A stretch of 64,000 bases of DNA from Glaucostegus cemiculus. Lineage: Eukaryota. Under the pieces are notes generated by a model. The model was given only the letters and a program-made list of their open reading frames with translations, was not told the origin of the DNA and made no database searches. The stretch's first letter is position 1. Each line of letters opens with the position of its first letter. The position numbers were made by a program, and so were the translations under genes. Location: the NCBI GenBank assembly GCA_976551045.1, contig CDPCPM010000164.1:7440001-7504000 (forward strand), written 5' to 3'. Below, piece after piece: positions 50,455 to 62,815 of the stretch.

Positions 50455-51463
50455 TGCATACCATATGCTTTCTTCACCACCCTATAAGATATCTTTATTT
50501 GTCACATGTACATCGAAAGACAGTGAAATGCATCTTTTGCGTAGTGTTCTGGGGGCAGCCTGTAAGTGTTGCCATGCTTCCGGCGCCAACATAGCATGCC
50601 CACAACTTCCTAACCTGTAGGTCTTTGGGATGTGGGAGGAAACCGGAGCACCCAGAGGAAACACACGCAGACATGAGGAGAACGTACAAACTCCTTACAG
50701 GTTGCGGCCGGAATTGAACCCCGGTTGCTGGCGCAGAAAAGTGTTATGCTAACCGCTACCTCTGTTGCCGCTTTCAGTGAACAATGGACTTGAATCCCAA
50801 GGTTCGTCTGTTCATCAGCATTCTTTAGCTCCTTACTATTTAATGTATATGTCCTACCCCTATTTGACTTCCCAAAATGCATCATATGATGCGTGTCAAG
50901 ATTAAATGTCATCTGCCAACACTCTGCCCAACTTTCCATCCAATCAGTATTCTGCTCTAGCCTTAGACAACCTTCCCTGATGTCCTCCTAAGTTCAAGTT
51001 GTTAATATATATTCACAAACAGCAGGGACTCAGCACCGATCCCTGTGGTACACAACTGGTCACAGACTTCCAATCAGAAAAGCATTCTTCCACCGCTACC
51101 CTCTGCCTCCTATCACCAAGCCAATTTTGGATCCAAGTAGCCAGATTGCCTTGGATCCCATGTGCCTTAACCTTCTGGACCCAGCTTACCATGCTCGACT
51201 TTGTCAAATGCCTTTTTAAAACCCTCCCTGCATTTATCAATTTTCTTACTTACCTTAACAAAAAAAAACTCAGTCAAATTAGTGAGACAGGATTTACCTG
51301 CACAAAGCCATGCTGGCTATCCCTGATCAGCTTCTGCCATTCCAAATGTACCTAATTCATATCCCTTGGGATTTTCTCTGATAATTTCCTTACCACAGAC
51401 ATAAGGCTCACCAGCCTGTGGTTACGTGGCTTATCACTGCTGCCCTTCTTAAATAAAGGAACA
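50455..51463 (-). mobile_element. CR1 RT fragment interrupted by a SINE
   Basis: Minus peptides KAHGIQGNLATWIQNWLGDRRQRVAVEECFSDWKSVTSCVPQGSVL and WAECWQMTFN..HFGKSNRGRTY. Confidence 0.88.
50486..50759 (-). mobile_element. tRNA-derived V-SINE, slightly 5'-truncated
   Basis: Minus strand: GTAGCGGTTAGC, B-box GGTTCAATTCC, V-domain GGAGTTTGTACGTTCTCC...GGGTGCTCCGGTTTCCTCCCACATCCCAAAGAC, and tail CGATGTACATGTGACAAATAAAGATATCTTA. Confidence 0.85.
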
Positions 51464-53165
51464 AAGCAACAACAAAACCTATCACTTGGTCATAGTGTCA
51501 AAGCATCTAAGGGTACAGAGGCTGTCTGGGAGTAATTTGGCAATTTATAGCAGTTAACCACTGTCCATACCAAAGGCCTTCAGAAATATGTGAGAGATAA
51601 TAATTTAGTGATAGAAATAATATTTAAAAGTTGCATTTTGCAAAAGGTGAAAGTTTAAGAGGACAAAAATCAGGAATAAAATAGAAACTGGGAAATTACT
51701 GGGAACAATGTGAAACCACCATAATGGTGCAGAACCTGAGAGAAAGAAAAAAGAGGGAGAGAGGTAGAAGGGAAAAAAGTACAGTTCTTTCTTCCACTGG
51801 GAATTGTCTAATTTTTTTTACTCTTATACCTCAATTGACCAGTGTCTGCTGCACCTCTCTTTCCTTCTTCCTTTGACTGCAGTGTTTTTATGCCTTTCAG
51901 ATTCCAAAGATTGCTGCCATATTTCCATTTTACAACTGCATCCCTTTATTTCCTCAATGACTGCTGTTTTGTGCACTTTCTTCAATCTTCCCATTGGTTT
52001 TATGCATGCTCTCTCACATGGTTTTATTTGTATATTTTCATTTTCCCAATAACTGTTGCATTTCGCTACCTCTTGTTTCATTCTTCCTTAGTGACAAGAC
52101 TAGCACAGCAGGAATTTTCTCCACCTACTTATAGTTTTCCCTGTGTGTAAATTTGTTGATTATTATCAGAAGGCAGACAATCTCTTTGCTTCTAACATAA
52201 TTTATGTTCTTCAATATTTTTATTCCAAATAACCCCCGTAAACTTTTTCTAATAAATAACAAGAATAAAATGCACAAGATTACACAAAGCCAACATAAAT
52301 TAAAATATTCCTGTACAATAGGAGATTGCAATTTAAAATGGAAATCAGAATTTAAGTAACAGACCATTTAATTCAGGAGAAGATAAGAAGAGATAACAGC
52401 TTTTTGGTTCACTGTTAGCATTCACTGCATTTGAACATGGCATGCAGTGTTTGACAGCATGCCCTTTCTAACTGATGCTCAAGGTTAGCAATTGAGTTTT
52501 CACTTGGTGGGAATAATTACGGAAATCGATTGCATTGAGGGGTTCATCTGGCATCTTTGAGTGAAAGAGCAAAACTCAAGCAGTCATAATCATCTGAATG
52601 CAAAGATAAGATCATTTTCATTATAATATCTCCCGGGCATTCATTACTTTTTTTTATAACATTTAAAAGCTACCGACACATTAATGTAGATTGGCAGGAT
52701 TTTATTTGTATATCAGTTATAATTTTTGTAAATGTGTATACATTGGAAGGCAAACTGGATACAAATTGCTGGTTGAAACAGGAAAATGGATCAATAGCAA
52801 CAATTAATGGTCAAAGTAGAATCATTTAATACATTATTCAAAATTTGAAAGGAAATCTGGTAGTGCATATACTTATAGATTTTCTAGGAAGCTACATTGA
52901 ACATCTTAGAGTGATTTTGAAATGGTCAGCACTGTTGGACTGATTCTGATAAGTTCTGCCCAACATTTTTTCTTTGAGCACTAGTAATACAGGATATCAT
53001 AGATAATGGTGCATACATACACATTCTGCTTAGTTCATTATCAATAAGGAATAGGAGGGAAATTTACTGCCTCAGGAGTACATTCTACAGGATTAAACTA
53101 TACAACAGTCTCACTAATGCAAAAAGAATAATACAAATAAAAAGGAAAGAAGTTCAAGAAAAGTA

Positions 53166-54460
53166 GTCATAGAGTACTATAGCACAGAAACAGGTCCTTT
53201 GGCCTGTCTAGTCCATGCTGACCTGATCTTCTGCCAAGTCCCATCTACCTGCACCTGGGCCATATCTCTCCAAACCCCTCCCATCCACGTACTATCCAAA
53301 CTTCTCTTAAATGTTACAACTGAACCCACATTTACCACTCCACAGGCAGCTAGTTCCACACTCGCACCACCCTCTGAGTGAAGAAGTTTCTCCTCAGATT
53401 CCCCTTAAATATTTCACCTTTACCCTAAACATATGTCTTCTAGTTCTGGTCTCACCCAGCCTTAAGGGGAAAAGCCTGCATGCATTCACCCTATCTATGC
53501 TCCTCATAATTTTGTATACCTCTATAAGATCTTTCCTCATTCTCTTGCACTCCAGGGAATAAACCTAACCTATTCAACCTTTCCCTATTACTCACATCCT
53601 CAGGTTCCAGCAACATCCTTGAAAATTTTCTCTGCATTCTTTCAATACTATTGATATCTTTCCTGTAGTTAGGTAACCAGAACTGAACGCAATACTCTAA
53701 ATTCAGCCTCACCAACGTCTTGTACATCCCAACTTCCATACTCAGTGCCCTGATTTATGGAGGCCAAAGTGCCAAAAGTTCTCTTTATGACCCTATTTAC
53801 CTGTGATGCCACTTTAAAGGCATGATGAACCTGTATTTCCAGGTCTCTCTCTTCTATTGCACACCTCAGAGCCCTACCATTCACTGTGTAAGTCCTACCC
53901 TGGTTTGTCCGACCAAAGTGCAACACCTCACACTTGTCTGCATTAAATTCCATCTGCCATTTTTCAGTCCATTTTCCTAGCTGGTCAAGATCATGCTGCA
54001 AGCTTTGATAGCCTTCCTCGCTGTCCACTACACCCCCAGTCTTGGTGTCATCCGCAAATTTGCTGATCAAATTCACCACATTATCATCTAAATCATTGAT
54101 ATAGATGATAAACAACAACAGACCTAACATCGATCCCTGCGGCACGCCACAAGTCACAGACCTCCAGTCAGAGAGACAACAATCTACTACCACTCTCTGA
54201 CTTTTGAAAGCCTCCCACTTACCAAGTAACTCTTTGCCGGAAAGCAGCCTATCCCAATCCATGCCTGCCAGATCCCTTCTGATACCATGAAAATTGGCCC
54301 TACTCCAATTTAGAATCTCAACCCAAGGCCCAGTTCTGTCCTCCATAATTATCTTGAAACAAATGGAATTATAATCAGTAGATCCGAAGTGTTCCCCTAC
54401 ACACACTTTTGTCACCTGCCCTGTCATGTTCCCTAAGAAGAGATCCAGTATCCTGCTCTC
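53166..54460 (-). mobile_element. CR1 LINE 3' half with an internal in-frame deletion
   Basis: Minus ORF GEHFGSTDYNSI...GKWEAFKS|QRVVVDCCLSDWRSVTCGVPQGSMLG...FADD, then ORF2 C-terminal pieces and the 3' UTR. Confidence 0.9.
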
Positions 54461-55289
54461 TTGAGATGGCTTTCCGGGTCAACACATTTTCTTGTTCAAA
54501 GAACCACTCCTGGTACAAATTTTGAGAAATGAAGTGGAGATAGAAGATAGTATTAGAGAAGACAAACAATTACGAATATGTGAATGAAAAAGGAGCTGTT
54601 GTAATTAGAGCCACTTGATTGTGAAGAAACAAAAGGTATTTTAAATAAAATTAAAATGGAAGTAACCCTGAAAAGCTAGAACACTGCAGATGCTAGAAAT
54701 CTGAAATTAAGACATATATTAAATACTGAACAGATCATGCTGTATCTGTGAAGAAAAAAAAATAGTGTCAATTTTTCAGGACTTCAGAATTAGAAAAAAA
54801 GTTAGAAATGTATCTGGAATTTAAGCCAATACAGTGTTTGGGAAAATTGGGGAAGAGCGTATAGTGATAATATTTGTAATAGGGTGGAAGACAGAAGAGA
54901 TTAAATAGTGTACAATAAAAGTTGAGGATGTACTTGGTTTAAAATGGGACAAGTGTTGGAGAGAAATCTGGTGATCAACTGAATGGAAGTTGAGTATTTG
55001 TGCAGATATGCTGAACTTGTGCACAATTATAAAGGTAACCACAAACATTTTTGCAGAAAATTTGGCAGATTTGTATTTAAAAATTGGAAATTACATTGTA
55101 GGTGAAGAGTGAGCATTAACTTAAGGCGTAAGTTAAAGTGTAAAAACAAAAGATAATGAAGCAAAATTATAAAAATACAGAAGGAAGGAAACAAGATAAT
55201 GAATGGATTGCTAGACAACAAAGGTGATGAATTTAACAAACAGACAAAAGGAAATAATAAATATAGGGTATGTTAAATAGAGATGAAAA

Positions 55290-55920
55290 AGAAACCAAAC
55301 TTGCAGATGAAGGCACGGCAAAAATTGATTACTTTTCCTCAGTTTTCAGAGTGATATAGTAGGAAGTGGAGCAGTTGGCCACAATAACTTCATGGAAGCA
55401 ATTTTGAAAAAAAAATGGCGTAACCTAGTGGAAAAGGCTTAAGAGCCTGATGGCATGCACCCAAGAATACTGAAGGAACTCGTATCTGAAATATCAGAGG
55501 CTACGACTGTAGTACTTCAAACGTTATTTAGTTCTGGAAGCTATGACTGCAATATTTCAAACATCACTTAGATCTGAAAGTTGTGCCAGAACACACATGC
55601 ATTGGGATGTTATTCTATGTGAAATGAACGGTATAAGTACAAATTGTTGCTCTTGTTGCCATTGTACACCACTGTTCAAGGGGGGTGGGGGTGTGGGGAA
55701 GAGACAACTATAAATCAATCTGTTGACACCTGTGATGGGTAAGCTAATAACATAAAATGGAATGCTCCCCTGGAAAGAAGTGGGCTAATTAAGAACAGCA
55801 TGAGTTTGTAAAAGGCAAGTTTTGTCTGACAACTTTAATGGAATTCTTTGAACAAATCAGTCTATTGCAAGCTAAAGGCAATTCTATGATTGTTGTGCAT
55901 ATGGTTGATATGGTTGACAT
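55290..55920 (+). mobile_element. Very old CR1 RT fragment with a 40-bp tandem duplication (55500-55580)
   Basis: CCTGATGGCATGCACCCAAGAATACTGAAGGAA (PDGMHPRILKE) and CAGCATGAGTTTGTAAAAGGCAAGTTTTGTCTGACAAC (QHxFVKGKxCLT). Confidence 0.65.
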
Positions 55921-56701
55921 GTCTTATTTCAGATTAGTGGTGATAATACAGCTGTAGCATGCTTCTTTATCTGTCTCATCTCTCGTGAAGTTGTATAAAG
56001 GGTAAAATAAACAGAAGGGTAGGTTGAGAGCCTTCAACATCCATGACTAGTCATGATTCTGCTGGAGTATTATACTGCAAGTAATAATATCACTGAGTTA
56101 GAAAGATATATGATCATGTCCCATGTATGGGAGCTTAAGTATTTTTTGCAATGGTCAAAGTAACCTGTACCAGTGCTAAAATGGTTGTGATATTTTCATG
56201 AGTATGTCAGATTATTACAGAATTGGATTATTAGCCAGTATATTTACTATGCTGATTATGCCTCATTTCATATTCATTATATTTCTACTAGTAATTCATA
56301 TTCCAATGTTTGACATTTCTGTTAACAAAGGATGTTAAACCACTGGCTTGTTTGAAGTAAATACAATTCAGCAATGCACAGAGAATATACAGAGTTTGAT
56401 CAAGAGAATATTGCAAAAAGTCAGTGAAACATTTAGTTCTTAAAAACTAACTTTTACAAAGTATGGTTGTTTTTGCACTGTGATAGTGACACCTGAATTA
56501 TTAATTTTGTCTTATTTGAAATCTAAGGGAATATCTTTGCATAATGCAATGCAGCATTTTTGAATGCAGCATTTTTGTGTGCTATGTCATGGAATTTTAA
56601 AAAATTACTATACTTTGTAAGCCGGCATCACATTTTTGAATTCTCACCCTGGCTCCACAAAGCATGAGGGCATGAATAACATGGGTCTCAAAAGGTGAAG
56701 T

Positions 56702-56936
56702 TGTAGCAGCCATCAGGGTGCGACTTAGAAGAACACGAGGACACGGAGACTCGATCGAGCACGCTTTTAATAGCTCACCAAAAGCCACGCATATCCCGAA
56801 CTACAAAAAACATGGCCAGCGGAAGTGACGTCATACTCCCGCCAGAAGTCCTGCCTTCCGGCACTATTGTGGGAACTTGCACGTTTCCCCGCGACAGCTG
56901 ACAGCGCTTCAGACCCCGGTAGCATGAGTCGCTACA
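56702..56936 (-). repeat. 3' LTR (235 bp, complete)
   Basis: TG...CA with 6-bp terminal inverted repeat and ATTAAA poly(A) signal on the minus strand. Preceded on the minus strand by a G-rich polypurine tract (56937-56948). Confidence 0.93.
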
Positions 56937-59307
56937 CCACCCCCCCCAGAAACGCCCAGCGGAGGCGCGGGGCTATCAACCCGATCGTTCAGCTTGGGAG
57001 GCCTGCCCCGCCGGTGCGGCAAAGGCACCCTGACCGGATGTGCAATGTCCAGATGCACCGGCTTCAGGCGGTCCACTGTGAAAGTCTGCTCACGACCCCC
57101 AACCTCTATGACATATGTTGAACCACTGCACTGGACCACCCAGAAAGGCCCTCGTACAGCTTCTGCAGGGGTGACCCATGTGCCCCCCGGCTGATGAAAA
57201 CGTACTCACAGCCCTGGAGGTCCTTTGGAACGAAAGAAGGCGCTGTGCCGTGCCTGGAGGCCGGGATCGGTGCCAATGTCCCCACCTTGGCCCGCAGCTT
57301 CGCCAACATTTCCGCCGGGGTCCCTGCTGGGTCCTGAGCCCCAGGTACGAACTCGCCCGGTACTGTGAGGGGGGAACCGTAGACCAGCTCGGCTGAGGAG
57401 GTGCCCAAATCTTCCTTGGGGGCCGTACGGATGCCCAGCAGGACCCAGGGGAGCTTGTCTGTCCAGTTTGGTCCCTGCAGGCGAGCCATGAGGGCAGACT
57501 TGAGGTGCCGGTGGAAACGCTCCGCCAAACCATTGGCCTGCTGGTGGTATGCTGTGGTGTGATGCAGGTGGGAACCCAGGAGCTGCGCCAGTGCCGTTCA
57601 CAAGCCGGACGTGAACTGCGCCCCTCGGTTGGAGGTAATGTCCGTCGGGAGGCCAAACCAGGCAATCCAGTGGGCAATGAGGGCTCTGGCACAGGACGCG
57701 GTGAACGTGTCCGCCAGCGGCACTGCCTCTGGCCACCTGGTGAACCGGTCCACCACAGTGAAAATGTACCTGGCGCCCCGGGGCACTGGCAGCGGTCCAA
57801 CGATGTCCACGTGAATATGCCGGAACCTGCCAAGCGTAGGCTGAAAATGCTGGAGGGGAGCCTTCACATGCCGCTGGACCTTGGCCGTCTGACAGTGCAC
57901 GCAGGTTCTGGCCCAGTGCCCCACCTGCTTGCGTAGACCATGCCATACGAATTTTTCTACCACCATCCGGATAGTCGCCCTGATGGATGGGTAGGCCAGG
58001 CTATGCAGAGCGTCGAAAACCCGTCGTCTCCACGCTGCTGGCACCACCGGCCTGGGTCTGCCAGTAGACATGTCGCACAGGAGCCGGGTCGCCTAGGGCC
58101 AACAGGGACATCTTCCAGCCGGAGTCCCGAGAGCGCGGTGCGGTATGCCGGGATCTCGTCATCTGCCTGCTGCGCTTGTGCCAGCGCCATGTAGTCGACG
58201 CCCGTGGCTGGGGTGGTCGCTGAATGGATGTGGGGGCGGGACAGTGTGTCGGCGACCACATTGCTCTTCCCAGCGATGTGGCGGATGTTGGTGGTAAACT
58301 CCGAAATGAAGGAGAGGTGCCGTTTCTGCCGAGCCGACCACGGGTCTGACATCTTTGCCAAGGCAAACATGAGGGGTTTGTGGTCTGTGTAGATGGTAAA
58401 GTACCTCCCCTCATGGAAATAACGGAAATGGCGGACAGCCAGGTAAAGAGCCAGCAGCTCCCTGTCAAAAACGCTGTACCTGACCTCTGGCGGCCGCAAA
58501 TGTCAGCTGAAAAAAGCGAGCGGTCTCCACTGACCCTCAACTAGTTGTTTCAGCACCCCACCAACCGCCGTGTCGGAAGCGTCGACAGTGAGCGCTGTGG
58601 GGACGTCAACTCTTGGGTGCACCAGGAGTGTTGCCTTGGCCAGTGCCTCCTTAGTCTGATCAAAAGCTGCCAAGGCCTCCGCATCCCAAACCACATCCTT
58701 GGCCTTGCTGGCCATGAGTCTGAACAAGGGCCGTATGATGCGTGCTGCTGCGGGAACAAAACGGTGGTAGAAGTTCACCATCCCCACGAATTCTTGCAGG
58801 CCCTTAACCGTGTAGGGCTTGGGAAATTGGAGGACGGCCTGCACCTTGTCAGGTAGCGGGGCAGCGCCATGCTGGTTCACCCTGTGGCCCAAGAAGTCGA
58901 TCTCCCGCAGCCTGATCTGGCACTTCGCCAGGTTGATCACCAACCCGTGGTCGCTCAGGCACTGGCAGAGCTGATGGAGATGGGCTGAGGGATCCTTGCA
59001 CGACTTGCTGGCTACCAGTATGTCATCCAGGTACACAAAAGTGAAATCGAGGCCTCTGCTCACCGAGTCCACTAGCCATTGAAAAGTCTGGGCGGCGTTC
59101 TTTAGGCCGAAAGGCATTCGGAGGAACTCGAACAGCCCAAAGGGGGTGATGAGGGCTGTCTTGGGCACGTCATCGGGGTGAACAGGGATCTGATGGTATC
59201 CCCGGACCAGGTCAATCTTAGAGAAAATGGTCGCCCCATGGAGGTTCGCTGTGAAGTCCTGGATGTGGGGCACAGGGTACCTGTCGGCAGTCGTGGCATC
59301 ATTGAGC
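56909..59307 (-). pseudogene. Gypsy pol remnant (RT, RNase H, integrase)
   Basis: [79 protein letters not shown]. Stops at 58503 and 57598; frameshifts near 58090 and 57140. Confidence 0.92.
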
Positions 59308-59510
59308 CACGAGGACACGGAGACTCGATCGAGCACACTTTTAATAGTTCACCAAAAGCCACGCATATCCCGAACTACAAAAAGCATGGCCGGCAGAAGT
59401 GACGTCATACTCCCGCTGGAAGTTCCGCCTTCCGGTGCTATCGCGGGAACTCGCGCGTTTCCCCGCGACGGCCGACGGCGTTTCAGACCCCGGTAGCGTG
59501 AGTCGCTACA
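59308..59510 (-). repeat. 5' LTR, missing about 31 bp of its U5 end
   Basis: Aligns without gaps to 56734-56936 with 20 substitutions (manual count). Fused directly to RT coding sequence. Confidence 0.93.
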
Positions 59511-61852
59511 AAGTGATCTTAAAGCTTGCTTCAGTGTTATTTAAAGGGCCTAAGCATCACCATAGAGCCTGACGCTGAACTTGAAAAATTAAATTGTTAC
59601 CAATTATCCCTGATGCTATCTCAGCCCCAAACCATCATTAATCTCGGGCTACAGTCCCCACCCCCCCACCCCCCCCACCCACCACTGTATTTCCAACCCC
59701 TATCTCCCCAACACTAACTCCTGCTATCTTCCTGATTTGTCTGCAGATCATCTCCCTGATCAACCCACCTTCTCCCCAGTTTTTTTCCCAGCCAGATCCT
59801 TTCCTTTCTCACTGATTTCCACCACTCCTCTGTAATCTTTAAGCCACTCCTACCTCACTCTACTACACTGATCATCTTCCCCATCCACTCCCACCACTAA
59901 TCCATTCCTAAACACATGTCCTATCCCATCTCCACTCTCTGAGACATGCAAGTTTAGTTGTGCAAGATCTCTTCTACAAAACATAATGCCTTGATATCAA
60001 AACTAGAGAAGGCACCCCACACATAGCTGCTTTAACGTGCAGCTTTTAGTGCATTAAAATTAATTAATGACCATGTCTGTTTTCCTCATAGTAGTTTGTT
60101 TACACCATTTGGGAAAGGCATTTCAGTTATAATATTTCTGATCTAGTATGTTTAAAAACTGGAAATTGGATTATCCTAGCTTTAGAGCAACTTTGCACAC
60201 ATTTCTAGTACCTTGGCACCTGTTGGGAAATTTATCTCCTTGGTATTTAATGGGAACTCCATTCTCCCTGGCAGTTTTATTTTGATGTAATGGTTCTTCA
60301 AATGATGTTAACAGTAGTAACAACATGCAAAATTAGTCTTCAGTGAGATTTCAACCTTATTGGTCCAAAAGGTGACAGCTTCTATTTTCCCGCAAAGCAA
60401 CATGCTTATTAACCCATTTGCCCATTAAATCATGCTACTTAAAAGGGCCAATGCTCAACTGCTTTATTTTGTCTTTCCTATCCCACACCTCCTCAGTTAC
60501 CACCTCTGGCCAATCACACGGATTGTCACTGCAAAACATCCAGAGGTCTCCATGTGTGAGTATGCCATAGGCATGGAGGACCATGGTAGAATTCAGGGCA
60601 AGCCTGAAGCCATCACCCAGGAGAGTGCTTCCCAATTTTGGTACCTTTTGCTATTTACTCTATGGATGGATATCAACCTCTGGCTCAAGCCTAGAGACAA
60701 ACTTGATGCAAGCACTGGAGAGAGCACACTGCAAGCTTTGTTGAACTCCTGCCTATATTCTCTTGCGCCTAACATCAGTCTACCCCTAGCATTGAGCTAA
60801 ATTTGATAGTGATCCCTCAAAACACATTCCAAGTCATGGTGAAATCCCTCATCGAATCCACATGGGCAGATATCATCATCTGACCATGGCACCAAGCCAG
60901 ACATAAAATCAATACCCAATGAACATGTACCAAACCTGAAAAATGTTTCCTTTTCACTTCCTAATGGGTATCACACCCTGCCACTGATACTGAAGACAAC
61001 TGGAAACTGTACCTGAGAATGAGCTTCCTGAGCCTGAGCAACATTCCCTGCTCACTCCTTTGCCACACACATTCATTTAGACTTGAAATCACCAACTAAA
61101 AATCAACTTCCATCTCTGGTCAAGTGTCTAGTCTGCTCCTAGCTCAATGACTATCTACCAGCGCTGCCACTCGCCTATGTCAAGTTGACCTAAATAAAAT
61201 GCAGGTTAAGTTGGGAATGCACAATCCAATCCAAATTGAATTCAAATGTGTCAACTGACCTGACTTGAACCTGACACATGTAATTATGTCCAGTTGGGTA
61301 GCCAGGCCTCACTGCATCTTGTGAATGGCAAGATGAACAAAGAGAAGTTAATTACAAAGCTGGAAGGCACAAAGATAGTAAACACTGACACAATTCTAAA
61401 GAAGAAATTGTAGTGACAAAAATGGCCTTGCATAGAAAATTGTAGGCTAGATATTTATGCTGCACAATACTGCAGTTTAACAAGTGTCAATTGTGGCACA
61501 ACTTTATGGCACTTAGTTTAGAGACTGAGATCGGAAGCAGGTTCTGCTCTTCTACATTTCATTTTCTCTTGGTGACTTTCCTGAAATGCAATTTTGGGGT
61601 TCATTTCACTGTTGACATCTTATTTTCATGTTTGTATCTTTCAACCGTAATCCTCTAAAACAGTGCTAAAATGGCTGTTCTGGATGTGTGATCTTGATTA
61701 TCAGTTGTGGAAGCTGTTCAACTTCAGAAGCATTGCATTTCAGGCTAATCCTGTTCGCTAAGGGTTCGTACACAGGTACTGCAAGTAGTTTAGAAGCCAG
61801 CAGAATGTTTATAGCTAGAATTGAATTGAATTCTGCGAGTTGAATGCAAAAA

Positions 61853-62420
61853 TAAGGAGATTTTACTTCAGTTCTACAGGGCATTGGTGAGTCCACATGT
61901 GGAGGACCATGTACAATATTAGTCTTTTTATTTAAGGAAGAATATTAATGTGTTGGAAGCAGTTCAGAGAAGGTTTATTAAACTGATACCTTGAGTGAGT
62001 TGGTTGTCTTATGAGGCAAAGCTGGACAGGCTAGGAATGCACTCATTGGAGTTAGGAAGAGTGAGGGGGGACTTGATTGAAACATATCCTGAGAGGAATT
62101 CACAAGATGGATTGAAGATGAAGATGATTGTGGGAGAATCTAGAAGTAAGGTTCATCCGCATCCATTAAAGACTGAGATGAGATTATTTTTTTGGCCAGA
62201 GAACCACAAGCCTTTGGAGCTTTCTTTCTCCCAGGGCAGTGGAAGCAGAATGTTGTTAATGCAGAAGTAGACAGATTCTTGGTAACCAAGTGATGAAAGG
62301 TTACCGAGGGTAGATGGGAATGTGTTGAGGTTACAATCAGATCAGCAACAGTCTAGTTAAGTGCAGGGCAGGCCGGAGGAGCAGAGTGGCCGCCACCTAC
62401 TCCCAATTCTTAATATTTTC
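61853..62420 (+). mobile_element. Old CR1 3' fragment
   Basis: CAGTTCTACAGGGCATTGGTGAGTCCACATGTGGAG and SWLSYEAKLDRLGMHSLELGRVRGDLIETY, plus a CR1 3' UTR. Confidence 0.8.
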
Positions 62421-62815
62421 AACAATGCACCTGCAGAATTACCAGCAAAATTCACAGTAAAGAGAAAAAGGTTTATCACAGTGGACGGTCAGAACACTCC
62501 TAAGTTCTTTTTTTCTTCCCCTCTCCCAAATCTCACTGACATTGAAATCAATTGTAAAGCACCTCTAGTACTTTCAGTAGGAGCAGAAAACACAGTACAG
62601 TGTACTTTGAGTTTAGAAATTCCTTCTTCGTCACATGTGCTCGGGATAGAAAATAAATGTGCTGGCATTATTCTCCACTTCTGAATTTCAGTACTATTAA
62701 CTTGAATAACTGTTGGTATAATGCTCTTCATTCCAAGTAGTTCAATGTGTAGTAGAATATGTATGCTAAAAAATTTTCCCTTTCTTTCAAGGTATAACCT
62801 CCCCCAGAAGCTGTG

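Larger units (their letters stand above)
56702..59510 (-). mobile_element. Ty3/Gypsy LTR retrotransposon, internally deleted (no PBS, gag or protease), in FAM204A intron 1
   Basis: TGTAGC...GCTACA termini, 4-bp TSD AAGT (56698-56701 and 59511-59514), polypurine tract next to the left LTR, and domain order RT-RNaseH-IN. Confidence 0.95.

Noticed and set aside
50700-50759. tRNA gene
   Set aside because: A B-box is present but it is the truncated head of a SINE; there is no full cloverleaf.
57090-58856. Numerous overlapping ORFs on both strands within the Gypsy element
   Set aside because: These are shadow frames of GC-rich pol sequence.
58503-59336. LTR-RT fusion ORF as a domesticated gene
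   Set aside because: It starts at GTG, lacks the RT N-terminus, and is followed by stops and frameshifts. No sign of selection.
60430-61300. Possible repeat or exon (122-aa ORF 60432-60800)
   Set aside because: I recognised no protein motif, consistent splice sites or TE family, so it is left unannotated.
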